Assembly (NCBI GenBank): GCA_040901675.1
Contig: JBBDYJ010000002.1
Coordinates: 1-54,320, forward strand
Direction: 5' to 3'
Origin: Pirellulales bacterium
GTDB lineage: Bacteria; Planctomycetota; Planctomycetia; Pirellulales; JAICIG01
DNA length: 54,320 bases
A model generated the notes under the pieces. It did not search any database. It saw nothing but the letters and a program-made list of their open reading frames with translations, and was not told the origin of the DNA. Shown piece after piece: positions 9,576 through 19,596 of the stretch. The first letter of the stretch is position 1. Every line of letters starts with the position of its first letter. The position numbers and the translations under genes are program-made.

Positions 9576-11192
9576 ATGCCGATTCGTGTCTCCAACATCC
9601 GTCTGGCGGTCGACGAGCCCGAGCAGGCACTCGCCGATCGACTGGCCCGCGCGCTCCAGGTGCCCAAGGCGCAGATCGCCCGCTGGCGAATCCTTCGCAA
9701 AAGCCTCGACGCCCGGGACAAGCACGACCTGGCCTTCGTCTACTCCGCGGAGGTTCAGCTCCCCGACGACGAGCCGACACTCGTCGCCCGGGCGGCAGAC
9801 CGCGGCGCGGCGGCCGACGTCGAACTCTACCAGGAACCCCCCTTCGTCATGCCCGATCCCGGCAGCCAACCGCTGCCGAACCGGCCGGTCGTCATCGGCT
9901 CCGGTCCCGCCGGTCTGGCGGCCGCCTATTTTCTGGCCCGCCAAGGTTATCGCCCGCTGGTCCTCGAGCGGGGACGCAAGGTCCGCCAGCGGATTCGCGA
10001 CGTGGCGGCCTTCGAGGCCGGCGGGCCGCTCGATCCCCAGAGCAATTACCTCTTCGGCGAAGGCGGCGCGGGCACCTTCAGCGACGGCAAGCTCACCTGC
10101 CGCAGCTCAGGCCCCGACGTGCGCCGCATCCTGGAACTGTTCGCCGAGTGCAAGGGCAAGCCATCGATCGTCTATGAGTACCGGCCCCACCTGGGAAGCA
10201 ACCGTCTGCCCGCCGTGGTCAAGGCGCTGCGGCAGCGGATCGAGGGCTACGGCGGCGAGTTCATGTTCGAGTGCCAACTCGAGGATCTCGATCTCGACGC
10301 CGGCCGGCTGCGAGGGCTTTTCACCACCTCGGGATATGTTCACGCCGGCGTGGTCGTGCTGGCCATCGGCCACAGCGCCCGCGACACGTACCAGATGCTC
10401 TGGCACCGTGGCGTTCCCATGACCCCCAAGGCCTTCCAAATGGGCTTGCGGATCGAGCAGCCGCAAGAGCAAGTCAACCGCGTCCAATACGGCCCAGCCC
10501 TCCTCGAGGACAAGCTCGGCGCGGCCGACTACGCCGTCGTCGCCCGCGGGCCGACGAACCTGTTCAGCTTTTGCATGTGCGCCGGAGGCCAGGTCATCCC
10601 CAGTGTCTCCGAGCCGGGCCATTTCTGCACCAACGGCATGAGCCTCTCGCGACGCAACTCGCCCTATGCCAACAGCGGGATGATGATCACTTTGGAGCCG
10701 GAACATTTCGGCTCCGCTCACGTGCTGGCCGGCGTGCAATTGCAGCGGCGGTTCGAGGCCCTGGCATTTGCCATGGGCGGCGATTACGCCTGCCCCATCC
10801 AGCGGGCCGCCGATTTTCTGGCCGATCGCCCCACGCAGGGCATCCCCCAGAGCAGCTACGCCCGGCGCGTGACCCCCGCCCGCCTGGCCGAGCTCGTGCC
10901 GCCGCCAATCGTGGCCGCCCTGCACCGCGGCCTGCCCCTGTTGGACCGCCGTTGGCGGGGAATGTTTCTGAAGAATGCGACGCTGGTTGGTCCGGAGGCT
11001 CGTGGCAGCTCGCCGCTGCGCTTCACCCGCGACCCGGCCACGCTGGAGAGCACCGGCGTGGCCGGGCTCTATCCAATCGGCGAAGGCGCAGGCTACGCTG
11101 GCGGCATCGTCAGCGCCGCGCTCGACGGACTCCGCGCCGCCAAAGCCATCGTCCGCCGCTACGCACCCCTCGACGCCAAGCGGATCCCATGA
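9576..11192 (+). CDS. FAD-dependent oxidoreductase (uncharacterised family)
   Basis: VIGSGPAGL, GEGGAGTFSDGKL, GEGAGYAGGIVSAA. Confidence 0.9.
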   Translation: MPIRVSNIRLAVDEPEQALADRLARALQVPKAQIARWRILRKSLDARDKHDLAFVYSAEVQLPDDEPTLVARAADRGAAADVELYQEPPFVMPDPGSQPLPNRPVVIGSGPAGLAAAYFLARQGYRPLVLERGRKVRQRIRDVAAFEAGGPLDPQSNYLFGEGGAGTFSDGKLTCRSSGPDVRRILELFAECKGKPSIVYEYRPHLGSNRLPAVVKALRQRIEGYGGEFMFECQLEDLDLDAGRLRGLFTTSGYVHAGVVVLAIGHSARDTYQMLWHRGVPMTPKAFQMGLRIEQPQEQVNRVQYGPALLEDKLGAADYAVVARGPTNLFSFCMCAGGQVIPSVSEPGHFCTNGMSLSRRNSPYANSGMMITLEPEHFGSAHVLAGVQLQRRFEALAFAMGGDYACPIQRAADFLADRPTQGIPQSSYARRVTPARLAELVPPPIVAALHRGLPLLDRRWRGMFLKNATLVGPEARGSSPLRFTRDPATLESTGVAGLYPIGEGAGYAGGIVSAALDGLRAAKAIVRRYAPLDAKRIP

Positions 11193-13090
11193 TCTTGCTG
11201 TCCGTCACCGGCGTTACCAAGCACTTTGGGCCCGAAGCGGTCCTCGACGGAACCTCGTTCGAGATCCGGCCGGGTGAGAAGGTCGGCCTGGTCGGACCCA
11301 ACGGCGCGGGCAAGACCACGCTGTTGCGGATTCTGGCCGGCAGGGACGACGCCGACTCGGGCACGATCGTGGTACATCCCTCCGCCAGGACCGAGTACCT
11401 CGAACAGCAGCCCGTGCTGACGCCCCGCCGCACGCTCTGGGACGAAGCCGCCGATGCGCTGGCCGACCTGGTCGAGCTGGCCGAGCAGGCACAGCGCGTG
11501 GCCCACGAGCTGGCCCAGGCCGCCGGCGAGAGCGAACATGCCCGGCTGGCCCAGCGCTACGACCGGCTGCAGCACGAACTCGAGCTGCGCGACGGCTATC
11601 ACATCAAGCATAAGATCGAGCGGGTGCTCGACGGGCTTGGGTTCGCGCGGGCCAATTTCGACCAGGCCGCCGAGTCGCTCAGCGGCGGCCAGCAGAACCG
11701 CCTGATGCTCGCCAGGCTGCTGTTGCGCAAGGCCGACTTGATGTTGCTCGACGAGCCGTCGAACCATCTGGACATCGAAGCCACCGAGTGGCTGGAGACG
11801 TACCTGGCGGAAGCGAAACAGGCGCTGCTGGTCGTCAGCCACGACCGTTTCTTCCTGGATAAAGTGACCACGCGCACTTTAGAGCTGTATCATGGCGTGG
11901 TGGAAGAGTACGCGGGCAACTTCACCGCCTATTGGAGCCAGAAGGCCGAGCGGCTCAAGGTGCAGTCCCGCACCTACGAAAGGCAGCAGGAGCTGATCGC
12001 CAAGGCCCAGGACTTCATTCGCCGCAACCATTACGGCCAGAAGCACGCCCAGGCCAAGGACCGCGAGAAAAAGCTGGCCCGCATCGAACGTCTGCCGCCT
12101 CCCCGCGAGATCACGGCGCCGGCCATGGGATTTCCGCCCGCCGATCGCACGGGCGACATCGTCCTGCGGGCCGAACATCTGAGCAAGGGTTACGGCAGCC
12201 CGCTGTTCGAAGATCTCACACTGGAGATCCTCCGCGGCTCCCGTTGGGGAATCGTGGGACCCAACGGCACCGGCAAGACCACGCTCCTGCGCTGTTTGAT
12301 CGGCCAGGAGCAGCCCGACCAGGGGCGCGTCGTGCTGGGCACCGGCGTCCGCATCGGCTACTACGATCAGCTTCTGTCGAGCCTCGCTGAGAACGAGCCC
12401 GTGGTAGAGGCGATCCGCCCCGCCGCCAAGGAGTTCAACGAGCCCCAGCGGCGCGGCCTGCTGGCCCGCTTCGGACTGGTCGGCGAGGCGGTCTTCCAGC
12501 GCGTGGGCAGCCTGAGCGGCGGCGAACGCAGCCGGGCGGCCCTGGCCCAATTGGCGGCCGCCGACGCCAACTTCCTCGTGCTCGACGAGCCCACCAACCA
12601 TCTCGACTTGTGGGCTTGCGACGCCTTGGAGCGGTCGCTGGCCGAGTTCGAAGGCACGGTGATGTTCGTAAGCCACGACCGCTACTTCGTCAATCGTGTC
12701 GCGGACCATTTGCTCGTCGTCGAACCCGATCGATTCCGCGTGATCGAAGGCAACTACGATACCTACCTGCACCTCGTGCGCCGGGGACTGGCCGGCAAAT
12801 CGGCCCAGCCGGCGCCGGCCGGTGCGGCCAAACCTGCTGCCAGGAAAGCGCGCGCGGCGAAGCCGGCCAGACCGCCTCGACGTTTCCCCTATCGCAAGCT
12901 GGTTGAAATCGAGGCCGAAATCTCCCAGCGAGAATCGCGGCTGGAGGCTCTGCACGCCCGGCTGTCCGAACCCGAGGTGCTGCGGGACGGGCGGCGGGTC
13001 AAGGAAATCCAGGCTGAGGCCGCCGCCGAGCAGGCCAGCCTGACCAGCCTGTACGAGCACTGGGAAGAAGCTTCCCAGCGCGGCGACTGA
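11189..13090 (+). CDS. ABC-F family ATPase
   Basis: Two ABC cassettes (GPNGAGKT, LSGG, LDEPxNHLD), no TM segments, C-terminal coiled coil; ATGA overlap. Confidence 0.93.
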   Translation: MILLSVTGVTKHFGPEAVLDGTSFEIRPGEKVGLVGPNGAGKTTLLRILAGRDDADSGTIVVHPSARTEYLEQQPVLTPRRTLWDEAADALADLVELAEQAQRVAHELAQAAGESEHARLAQRYDRLQHELELRDGYHIKHKIERVLDGLGFARANFDQAAESLSGGQQNRLMLARLLLRKADLMLLDEPSNHLDIEATEWLETYLAEAKQALLVVSHDRFFLDKVTTRTLELYHGVVEEYAGNFTAYWSQKAERLKVQSRTYERQQELIAKAQDFIRRNHYGQKHAQAKDREKKLARIERLPPPREITAPAMGFPPADRTGDIVLRAEHLSKGYGSPLFEDLTLEILRGSRWGIVGPNGTGKTTLLRCLIGQEQPDQGRVVLGTGVRIGYYDQLLSSLAENEPVVEAIRPAAKEFNEPQRRGLLARFGLVGEAVFQRVGSLSGGERSRAALAQLAAADANFLVLDEPTNHLDLWACDALERSLAEFEGTVMFVSHDRYFVNRVADHLLVVEPDRFRVIEGNYDTYLHLVRRGLAGKSAQPAPAGAAKPAARKARAAKPARPPRRFPYRKLVEIEAEISQRESRLEALHARLSEPEVLRDGRRVKEIQAEAAAEQASLTSLYEHWEEASQRGD

Positions 13091-13106
13091 GAACTCACGG
13101 GAGGGA

Positions 13107-15380
13107 GTGTTCGGCATGTGGCTGAAGTGGCTGCCTTGGAGGTATGTCGTCAGGCGCATCGCGCGGGCCCACGGCTTTTTGGATCCGCTCACCGTGCTCT
13201 CGCGCCTGCACGGCTTCGCCCAGCCCGCGGAGGTCGCCGCCCCGCTCGAGCTGCTGCGGGCCGGCGTCGTCTTCCACGCCCGCGGGCTGATGAACACCGC
13301 GGCCATCCAGCACAACCTCGACTGGGTCTGGCCCTACTGGGTCGAACGGCAATTCGACCCGCACGACGATGCCTTCATCCCCCGCGCCTTCTCGATCACG
13401 CACGTCAACCTCACCCATCGCAATTGGACCGCCGTGGGCCTGCCCGATTGCGACGCCCTGCCAATCGTCGACCCCCGCGGGCTGGTTACCCCCTTGTGGG
13501 ACGCCTGGTCGCTCGATGGCTGGCTGGTGGCCGAGGATGGACGGCAGCTCATCCCCTCGCAGGCGCCCGCGGCCCGCCAGGCATGGGACTTTTCCGACGG
13601 CCTGGCCGTGGTCACCCACACCGCTCTGCGAGGACTCTCGCTCGAATCGCGCGCCGACGTCGTGGCCGAGCACGGGTCGGCCGTGTGTCGCCTGGCTCTG
13701 ACGGCCTCCGCCGACGCGCCGGCCTGGCTGGCCGTCGTGCTGAGGCCCTACAACCCCGAAGGCGTCAGCTTTATTCACGACGTGGCGGTCAGCGACGACG
13801 GCCGGACGTGGCAAGTCAACGGCGAGCACCTTGTCGAATTGAGCGAGCCGGGCGAAAGCCAGCGGCTGTCGGACTATTCCGGCAGCGACGTGCACCGCAA
13901 CCTGCTCACGCCGACCAGTCAGCGCCGGATCACCTGCCAGGTCGGCATGGCCACGGCGGCCGCTTTGTTCCGTGTCGACCGGGACGCCACGCGCCGGATC
14001 ATCGTCAAGGTGCCGCTTCCGCCCGACGACAGCCACGGCCCCCGCGTACTGGCCGCAAGTGCCCCGGCGTCGTGGTCGGGGCTTTTCGCCCGCGCGTGCC
14101 GGCTCCGAGTGCCCGACCCCCGCTGCCGCTTTCTCTACGAGGCGGCCTTGCGCACGCTGATCCTGCACTCGCCCGGCGACGTGTTTCCCGGCCCCTACAC
14201 CTACAAGCGATTCTGGTTCCGCGACGCGGCCTTCCTGATAAACGCTCTATTGTGCGCCGGCTTCACCGACCGCGTCGAGCGAGTGCTCAAGCTCTTCCCC
14301 TCCCGGCAGAACCGCTCCGGCTATTTTCTATCGCAGGAGGGCGAGTGGGACTCCAATGGCGAGGCGCTCTGGACGCTGCACCGTTATTGCGAGTTGACCG
14401 GCCGGCCGCCCCTGCCCGAGTGGAAACGGCCAATCCAGCTCGCGGCGCGGTGGATCATCCGAAAACGGCTGCCGGCCGAACCGCCGCGGCCTGAGGCTGG
14501 CTTATTTCCGGCTGGCTTCAGCGCCGAGCACCTAGGCCCGAACGACTATTATTACTGGGACGATTTCTGGGGCACGGCAGGGCTGCGGGCCGCCGGCGAC
14601 ATGTTGGATATGCTGGGCGATCGGCACGGCGGCGGCCGATGCCGGCGCGAGGCCGACGATTTCTTGCAGGCGATCGACCGCAGCCTGTCGGCGACGGCCC
14701 CGGGCCGCGACGGCCCGGGCGTGCCCGCTTCGCCCTATCGGCGGATGGATGCCGGCGCGATCGGCTCGCTGGCCGCCGGCTACCCGCTGGGGCTATGGGA
14801 AGCCACGGATCCGCGGCTGCTGGCCACCGTCGAGTTTCTGATGGAACACTGTTTCTTCGAAGGCGGCTTCTTTCAAGACATGATCCATTCAGGCATCAAC
14901 GCCTATCTGACGCTGCACGTGGCCCAGGTCTTGCTCCGCGCCGGTGACCCGCGGGGACTGGACCTGCTGCGGACCGTGGCCGAGCTGGCCAGTCCCACCG
15001 GCCAATGGCCCGAGGCAATTCATCCCCGCACGCGCGGCGGCTGCATGGGCGACGGCCACCATGCCTGGGCTTCCGCCGAGTGGCTGCTGGCCATGCGCAG
15101 CCTGTTCGTCCGGGAAGAAGCGGACCGCCTGGTGCTGGCCGGCGGCATCGCTCCCGAGTGGCTCGATCAAAACGAAAGCCTGTTCTGTGGCCCCACCCCG
15201 ACGCGGTTCGGCCCGGTGTCGATCACCATCGAGCCCGGCGGAGAATCGGTGCGGGTCGAGTGGTCTGGCCAATGGCGAGCGTCCGCGCCGCAAATCGAGA
15301 TCCGCCTGCCGGGCGTCGCCGCCGTGACGCCGCCCCGCGGCCAGACCAGCCTCGTGCTCCAGCGAGCCGCCGCGCCATGA
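13107..15380 (+). CDS. Conserved hypothetical protein with six-hairpin glycosidase-like domain (alternative start 13116)
   Basis: Long host-like ORF; FWFRD, EWDSNG, WPEAIHP and GDGHHAW motifs typical of (alpha/alpha)6 GH-like proteins. Confidence 0.65.
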   Translation: MFGMWLKWLPWRYVVRRIARAHGFLDPLTVLSRLHGFAQPAEVAAPLELLRAGVVFHARGLMNTAAIQHNLDWVWPYWVERQFDPHDDAFIPRAFSITHVNLTHRNWTAVGLPDCDALPIVDPRGLVTPLWDAWSLDGWLVAEDGRQLIPSQAPAARQAWDFSDGLAVVTHTALRGLSLESRADVVAEHGSAVCRLALTASADAPAWLAVVLRPYNPEGVSFIHDVAVSDDGRTWQVNGEHLVELSEPGESQRLSDYSGSDVHRNLLTPTSQRRITCQVGMATAAALFRVDRDATRRIIVKVPLPPDDSHGPRVLAASAPASWSGLFARACRLRVPDPRCRFLYEAALRTLILHSPGDVFPGPYTYKRFWFRDAAFLINALLCAGFTDRVERVLKLFPSRQNRSGYFLSQEGEWDSNGEALWTLHRYCELTGRPPLPEWKRPIQLAARWIIRKRLPAEPPRPEAGLFPAGFSAEHLGPNDYYYWDDFWGTAGLRAAGDMLDMLGDRHGGGRCRREADDFLQAIDRSLSATAPGRDGPGVPASPYRRMDAGAIGSLAAGYPLGLWEATDPRLLATVEFLMEHCFFEGGFFQDMIHSGINAYLTLHVAQVLLRAGDPRGLDLLRTVAELASPTGQWPEAIHPRTRGGCMGDGHHAWASAEWLLAMRSLFVREEADRLVLAGGIAPEWLDQNESLFCGPTPTRFGPVSITIEPGGESVRVEWSGQWRASAPQIEIRLPGVAAVTPPRGQTSLVLQRAAAP

Positions 15381-17830
15381 TCTACCGTTGGGAACGCCGC
15401 TGGCGGGCCATCAGGCGTTGGGTCAGCCGCAATGAATGGCTCGTCCGTCTGCTGCGGCTGCCGAAATCGGCCAGCACCGCGGCCGAGCCCGGCCTGGTGA
15501 TGCTGCAAATCGACGGCTTGTCCCGTTCGCAATTCGAGAAGGCGCTGGCGCACGGACGCCTGCCATTCCTCGGCCGGCTGATCGGCCGCGAGCGTTACCG
15601 GAATTACACCATGTATCCCGGGCTCCCCACGAGCACGCCCGCCGTGCAGGCGGAGCTGTTCTACGGCGTGCGGTGTGCAGTGCCTGCCTTCGCTTTTCGC
15701 GATCATCGGACCGGCCAGGTGGCGCGGATGTTCGATTCGCACACCGCCGGCGACGTGCAATCTCGGCTGGAAAGCGAGGGGCCTGGGCTGCTCGAAGGTG
15801 GAAGCGCCTATTGCAACATCTACTCGGGCGGTGCTGCCGAACCCCACTTCTGCGCCGCCACGATGGGCTGGGGACCTGTGCCCAGCAAGGAGCGCTGGAG
15901 CCACCTGGCGCTGGCCCTGGTTTGGCATGCCTGGAGCATCGTGCGGATTGCAACGCTGATAGCGGTGGAGCTCGTGTTGGCCGTCGGCGACTGTGCTCGC
16001 GGTATCCTTGCACGCCGCGATCTCTGGGCCGAGCTGAAGTTTGTTCCCAGTCGCATCGTGATCAGCGTGGCTCTCCGCGAACTGTCCACGATCAGCGCCT
16101 CGCTCGATGCCACCCGGGGGCTGCCGGTGATCCACGTGAATTTCCTCGGCTACGACGAACAGGCGCATCGCCGCGGGCCGGCATCGCTCTTTGCCCACTG
16201 GACGCTCAAAGGGATCGACGAGGCCATCCAGCGCATTTGGACCGCCGCGCGCCGCTCCCCTCGCCGCGATTACGACGTCTGGATCTACTCCGATCATGGA
16301 CAGCAACGCACCATCCCTTACGAAGTCGCCAATGGCCGCACCATCCACGCGGCGGTGGCCGACGTCTTCGGCCGGCACGTCCGTGGCTACGGGGCGGCCA
16401 CGCCTTTTCGTCGCGGCGGCACACAGCTCGAACGCGCACGGTGGCTGGGCCGCTGGCTCGACAGGCTGATGGGCGGCGCGGCCGTCGAACACGACCCGGG
16501 CAAAAAGTCCGTGCCCGGCGATTCCGCCGAGCAGGGCCCAAACGATCGGGCCGTCGAAGTCGTGGCCTATGGGCCGGTCGGCTATGTCTATCCAAACGGC
16601 GCGCTCACCAGCCAACAACGCGAGCATTTTGCCCAGTCCCTCGTGAGCCAGGCCAACGTTCCCTTGGTCCTTTCGGCCGCCGAACCCGGCCGGGCGCGGG
16701 CCTGGACGGCGCGGCGATCCTACCAGCTCCCCGACGACGCCGAGGATCTGTTCGGCCCCGATCACCCCTATCTGCCGGACGTGGCCCAAGACCTCGTCGC
16801 GCTCTGTCACCATCCCGACGCCGGACCGCTCGTGCTGTGCGGCTGGCGCCGCGAGGGGCGGCTGGTCAGCTTCGCCCGCGAGAACGGCGCCCACGCCGGG
16901 CCCGGCCCCGACGAAACCTCCGCCTTTGTGCTCGTGCCCCCCGACGTTCCGCTGCCCCGATCGCGCGACTTCATTCGGCCGGCCGATCTGCGGCGTGCGG
17001 CCCTGGCGCACCTGGGCCGTTCGGCCGCCGCTGACGTCGAGCCCGCGCCCGAAATAGCGGAGATGGCCGGGCATCCGGTTGCCATGCCGCAAGCGCGCCG
17101 CACGCTCAGGATACTCACGTACAACGCGCACAGTTGCCTGGGGATGGACGGCAGCCTGTCCCCCTCGCGGATCGCCCGCGTGATTGCCCAAACCGGCGCC
17201 GACGTGGTCGCCTTACAGGAGCTCGACGTCCGCCGCTTGCGGAGCAACAGCGACGACCAGGCCCATTCCATCGCCCGGCAACTGGAGATGCAATTCCATT
17301 TCCATCCCGCGCTGCGGCTGGAGGAAGAGCAGTATGGCGATGCCGTGCTCAGCCGCCATCCGATGCGGTTGGTCCGCGCCGGCGCCCTGCCCGGCTTGAC
17401 GGCACGCCCCTACCTCGAGCCGCGCGGCGCCATCTGGGTGACCCTTACCTTGGATGGCCGAGAGATCCAATTGGTCAACACGCACCTGGGCTTGCTGCGC
17501 GGAGAACGCGCCCGCCAGGTCGAGGCCCTCTTGGGCGACGAGTGGCTCGGTCATCCAGAGTGCAAAGAACCGCTCATCTTCTGCGGCGACCTGAATGCCT
17601 TGCCGGGTTCGCGCGTGCACCGGCGGCTCTGCGATCGGCTCCGCGATGCGCAGATCGACTTGCAGAATCACCGGCCGCAGCGGACCTTTTTCGGCCGCTA
17701 TCCGCTGGGGCGCATCGACTACATCTTTGTGGCCGGCGATCTCGAGGTCGTCTCCGTCGAAGTCGTCCGCACCCACCTGGCCCGCGTCGCCTCCGACCAT
17801 CTCCCCCTGCTGGTCGAAGTCCGAATCTGA
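15377..17830 (+). CDS. Alkaline-phosphatase-fold plus EEP (endo/exonuclease/phosphatase) fusion
   Basis: N-terminal QIDGLS, STP, SDHG; C-terminal LTYN, ALQE, GDLN, IDYIF, SDHLP. Confidence 0.85.
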   Translation: MIYRWERRWRAIRRWVSRNEWLVRLLRLPKSASTAAEPGLVMLQIDGLSRSQFEKALAHGRLPFLGRLIGRERYRNYTMYPGLPTSTPAVQAELFYGVRCAVPAFAFRDHRTGQVARMFDSHTAGDVQSRLESEGPGLLEGGSAYCNIYSGGAAEPHFCAATMGWGPVPSKERWSHLALALVWHAWSIVRIATLIAVELVLAVGDCARGILARRDLWAELKFVPSRIVISVALRELSTISASLDATRGLPVIHVNFLGYDEQAHRRGPASLFAHWTLKGIDEAIQRIWTAARRSPRRDYDVWIYSDHGQQRTIPYEVANGRTIHAAVADVFGRHVRGYGAATPFRRGGTQLERARWLGRWLDRLMGGAAVEHDPGKKSVPGDSAEQGPNDRAVEVVAYGPVGYVYPNGALTSQQREHFAQSLVSQANVPLVLSAAEPGRARAWTARRSYQLPDDAEDLFGPDHPYLPDVAQDLVALCHHPDAGPLVLCGWRREGRLVSFARENGAHAGPGPDETSAFVLVPPDVPLPRSRDFIRPADLRRAALAHLGRSAAADVEPAPEIAEMAGHPVAMPQARRTLRILTYNAHSCLGMDGSLSPSRIARVIAQTGADVVALQELDVRRLRSNSDDQAHSIARQLEMQFHFHPALRLEEEQYGDAVLSRHPMRLVRAGALPGLTARPYLEPRGAIWVTLTLDGREIQLVNTHLGLLRGERARQVEALLGDEWLGHPECKEPLIFCGDLNALPGSRVHRRLCDRLRDAQIDLQNHRPQRTFFGRYPLGRIDYIFVAGDLEVVSVEVVRTHLARVASDHLPLLVEVRI

Positions 17831-18119
17831 CTTGGGACTTGGGACTTGGTGCTTGGTGCTTGGGGCGGACGGACGAAGAGCTCACGCAAAGGCGCAAAGG
17901 GGAGGACGAGACGAAGAAGACGACGGACGGACGAAGAGGATTAACCACGAAGGCACGGAGAACACAGAGACGACACGGAAAAGAGAAGGCAGAAGTCTTG
18001 GGACTTGGTGCTTGGGGGGTTTTGTGGGGGGAAAGATTGAAGCCGCCTTCGCCCTGGTGCAGAATAGCGGTCAACTCGGTCCACATCGCGGCCCCGCGCC
18101 CTTCTGGAGGATCTCGTCC

Positions 18120-19364
18120 ATGCAAAACGACAGCACGCAGTTCAAACCCGACCGGCGGCGGTTCTTGGAAACGGTGGGCGTCACGGCGGCCGGTCTGATC
18201 ACGGCCGGGTATACCGCCACCGCCAAGGGCTATCCGGTCAACGAAACGGTCAACGTCGGCTGCATCGGCACCGGCGGTCGCTGCCAGCACCTGATGCAGG
18301 CCCTGGCCCAGATTCCCGGCGTGAAGATCACGGCCGTCTGCGACATCTGGGACGCCCACCTGGAGGCCGGCGCCAAGCTGGCCGATCCCCAGGCCTTCTC
18401 GACCAAGGACTATCACGAGCTGCTGGCGCGCGGCGACGTGGATGCCGTGCTGATCGGTTCGCCAGACCACTGGCACGTGCCGATGACGGTCGACGCCTGC
18501 GCGGCCGGCAAAGACGTGTACGTGGAAAAGCCGCTCACGCACGACGTGTCGGAGGGACAAACGGTCATCGAGGCGCAGAACGTTCACCAGCGGATCGTGC
18601 AGGTGGGCACGCAGCAGCGCAGTATGCCGCACTTCCAGCAGGCGTACGACATCGTCCGCAGCGGCCAACTGGGAAAGATCCACAAGGTCCATCTCACCTG
18701 GAACCGCAACGCGCCCCGCCATCAACGCGAAAAGCTGGGCATCGAGCCGGACTCCGTCGATTGGAAGCGATTCTTGGGCAGCGCCCCCAACCAGCCGTTC
18801 GACGAGTATCGCTTTCGCAACTGGCGCTGGTTCTGGGATTTCGGCGGCGGCATCCTCACCGACCTGATGGTCCACTTCATCGACGTGGCCAACTGGTATC
18901 TCGACCTCGACTATCCCAAAACCGCCGTGACGATCGGCGATCACGTCATGACCGAGGGACTTTGGGAGACCCCCGACACGATACAGACGTTGTTGCGCTA
19001 TCCCGACCAGCAAGTGCAGGTCTACTTCGAGGGCACGTTCGTCAATGCCCGCAACGGGGCGATGCTCGAGTTCATGGGAACCGAGGCCACGTTGTATCTC
19101 GACCGTGGCCGCTACGAGGTCCACCCCGAGCGCCGCTCGCCGATCAAGGCCAGCGAGCTGGTGCTGGGCAGCGGCCCGCGCGGCGCCGACTTCTACGACA
19201 CTCCCGACGGCGAGACTTTGCACCTGGCCAACTGGATCGAGTGCGTCCGCAGCCGCTCGAAGCCCAACTGTCCCGCCGAGGCTGGCGTCGCCGCCGTCAA
19301 GGGCGCCCATTTAGGAAACCACGCCTACCGCACCACCGGCGCCGCCCAATGGCCCATCGGCTAG
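18120..19364 (+). CDS. Gfo/Idh/MocA oxidoreductase with Tat signal
   Basis: DRRRFL, IGTGGR, PDHWH, YVEKP, GTQQRS; GGAGG RBS. Confidence 0.92.
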   Translation: MQNDSTQFKPDRRRFLETVGVTAAGLITAGYTATAKGYPVNETVNVGCIGTGGRCQHLMQALAQIPGVKITAVCDIWDAHLEAGAKLADPQAFSTKDYHELLARGDVDAVLIGSPDHWHVPMTVDACAAGKDVYVEKPLTHDVSEGQTVIEAQNVHQRIVQVGTQQRSMPHFQQAYDIVRSGQLGKIHKVHLTWNRNAPRHQREKLGIEPDSVDWKRFLGSAPNQPFDEYRFRNWRWFWDFGGGILTDLMVHFIDVANWYLDLDYPKTAVTIGDHVMTEGLWETPDTIQTLLRYPDQQVQVYFEGTFVNARNGAMLEFMGTEATLYLDRGRYEVHPERRSPIKASELVLGSGPRGADFYDTPDGETLHLANWIECVRSRSKPNCPAEAGVAAVKGAHLGNHAYRTTGAAQWPIG

Positions 19365-19596
19365 GAGAGGCGAACGAAAGATATTGAGGTAGCAGGACTC
19401 GCCAGAGTTCTGGCCCGTCTTTCTTTCGGCGCTGGAGCCGGGTGGCTGGGGCAAAGCGGACTTCGGCGAGCTCAGTCGAGTCGTAGCGTGCCCCAGTCCT
19501 TCCATGCTGAAACTCCGCCTCCGGCGGAACCAATGACGAATGACAAATGACCTCGACCTCTCTGCCCACTAACCACCGACCGACTAACCACTGCCC

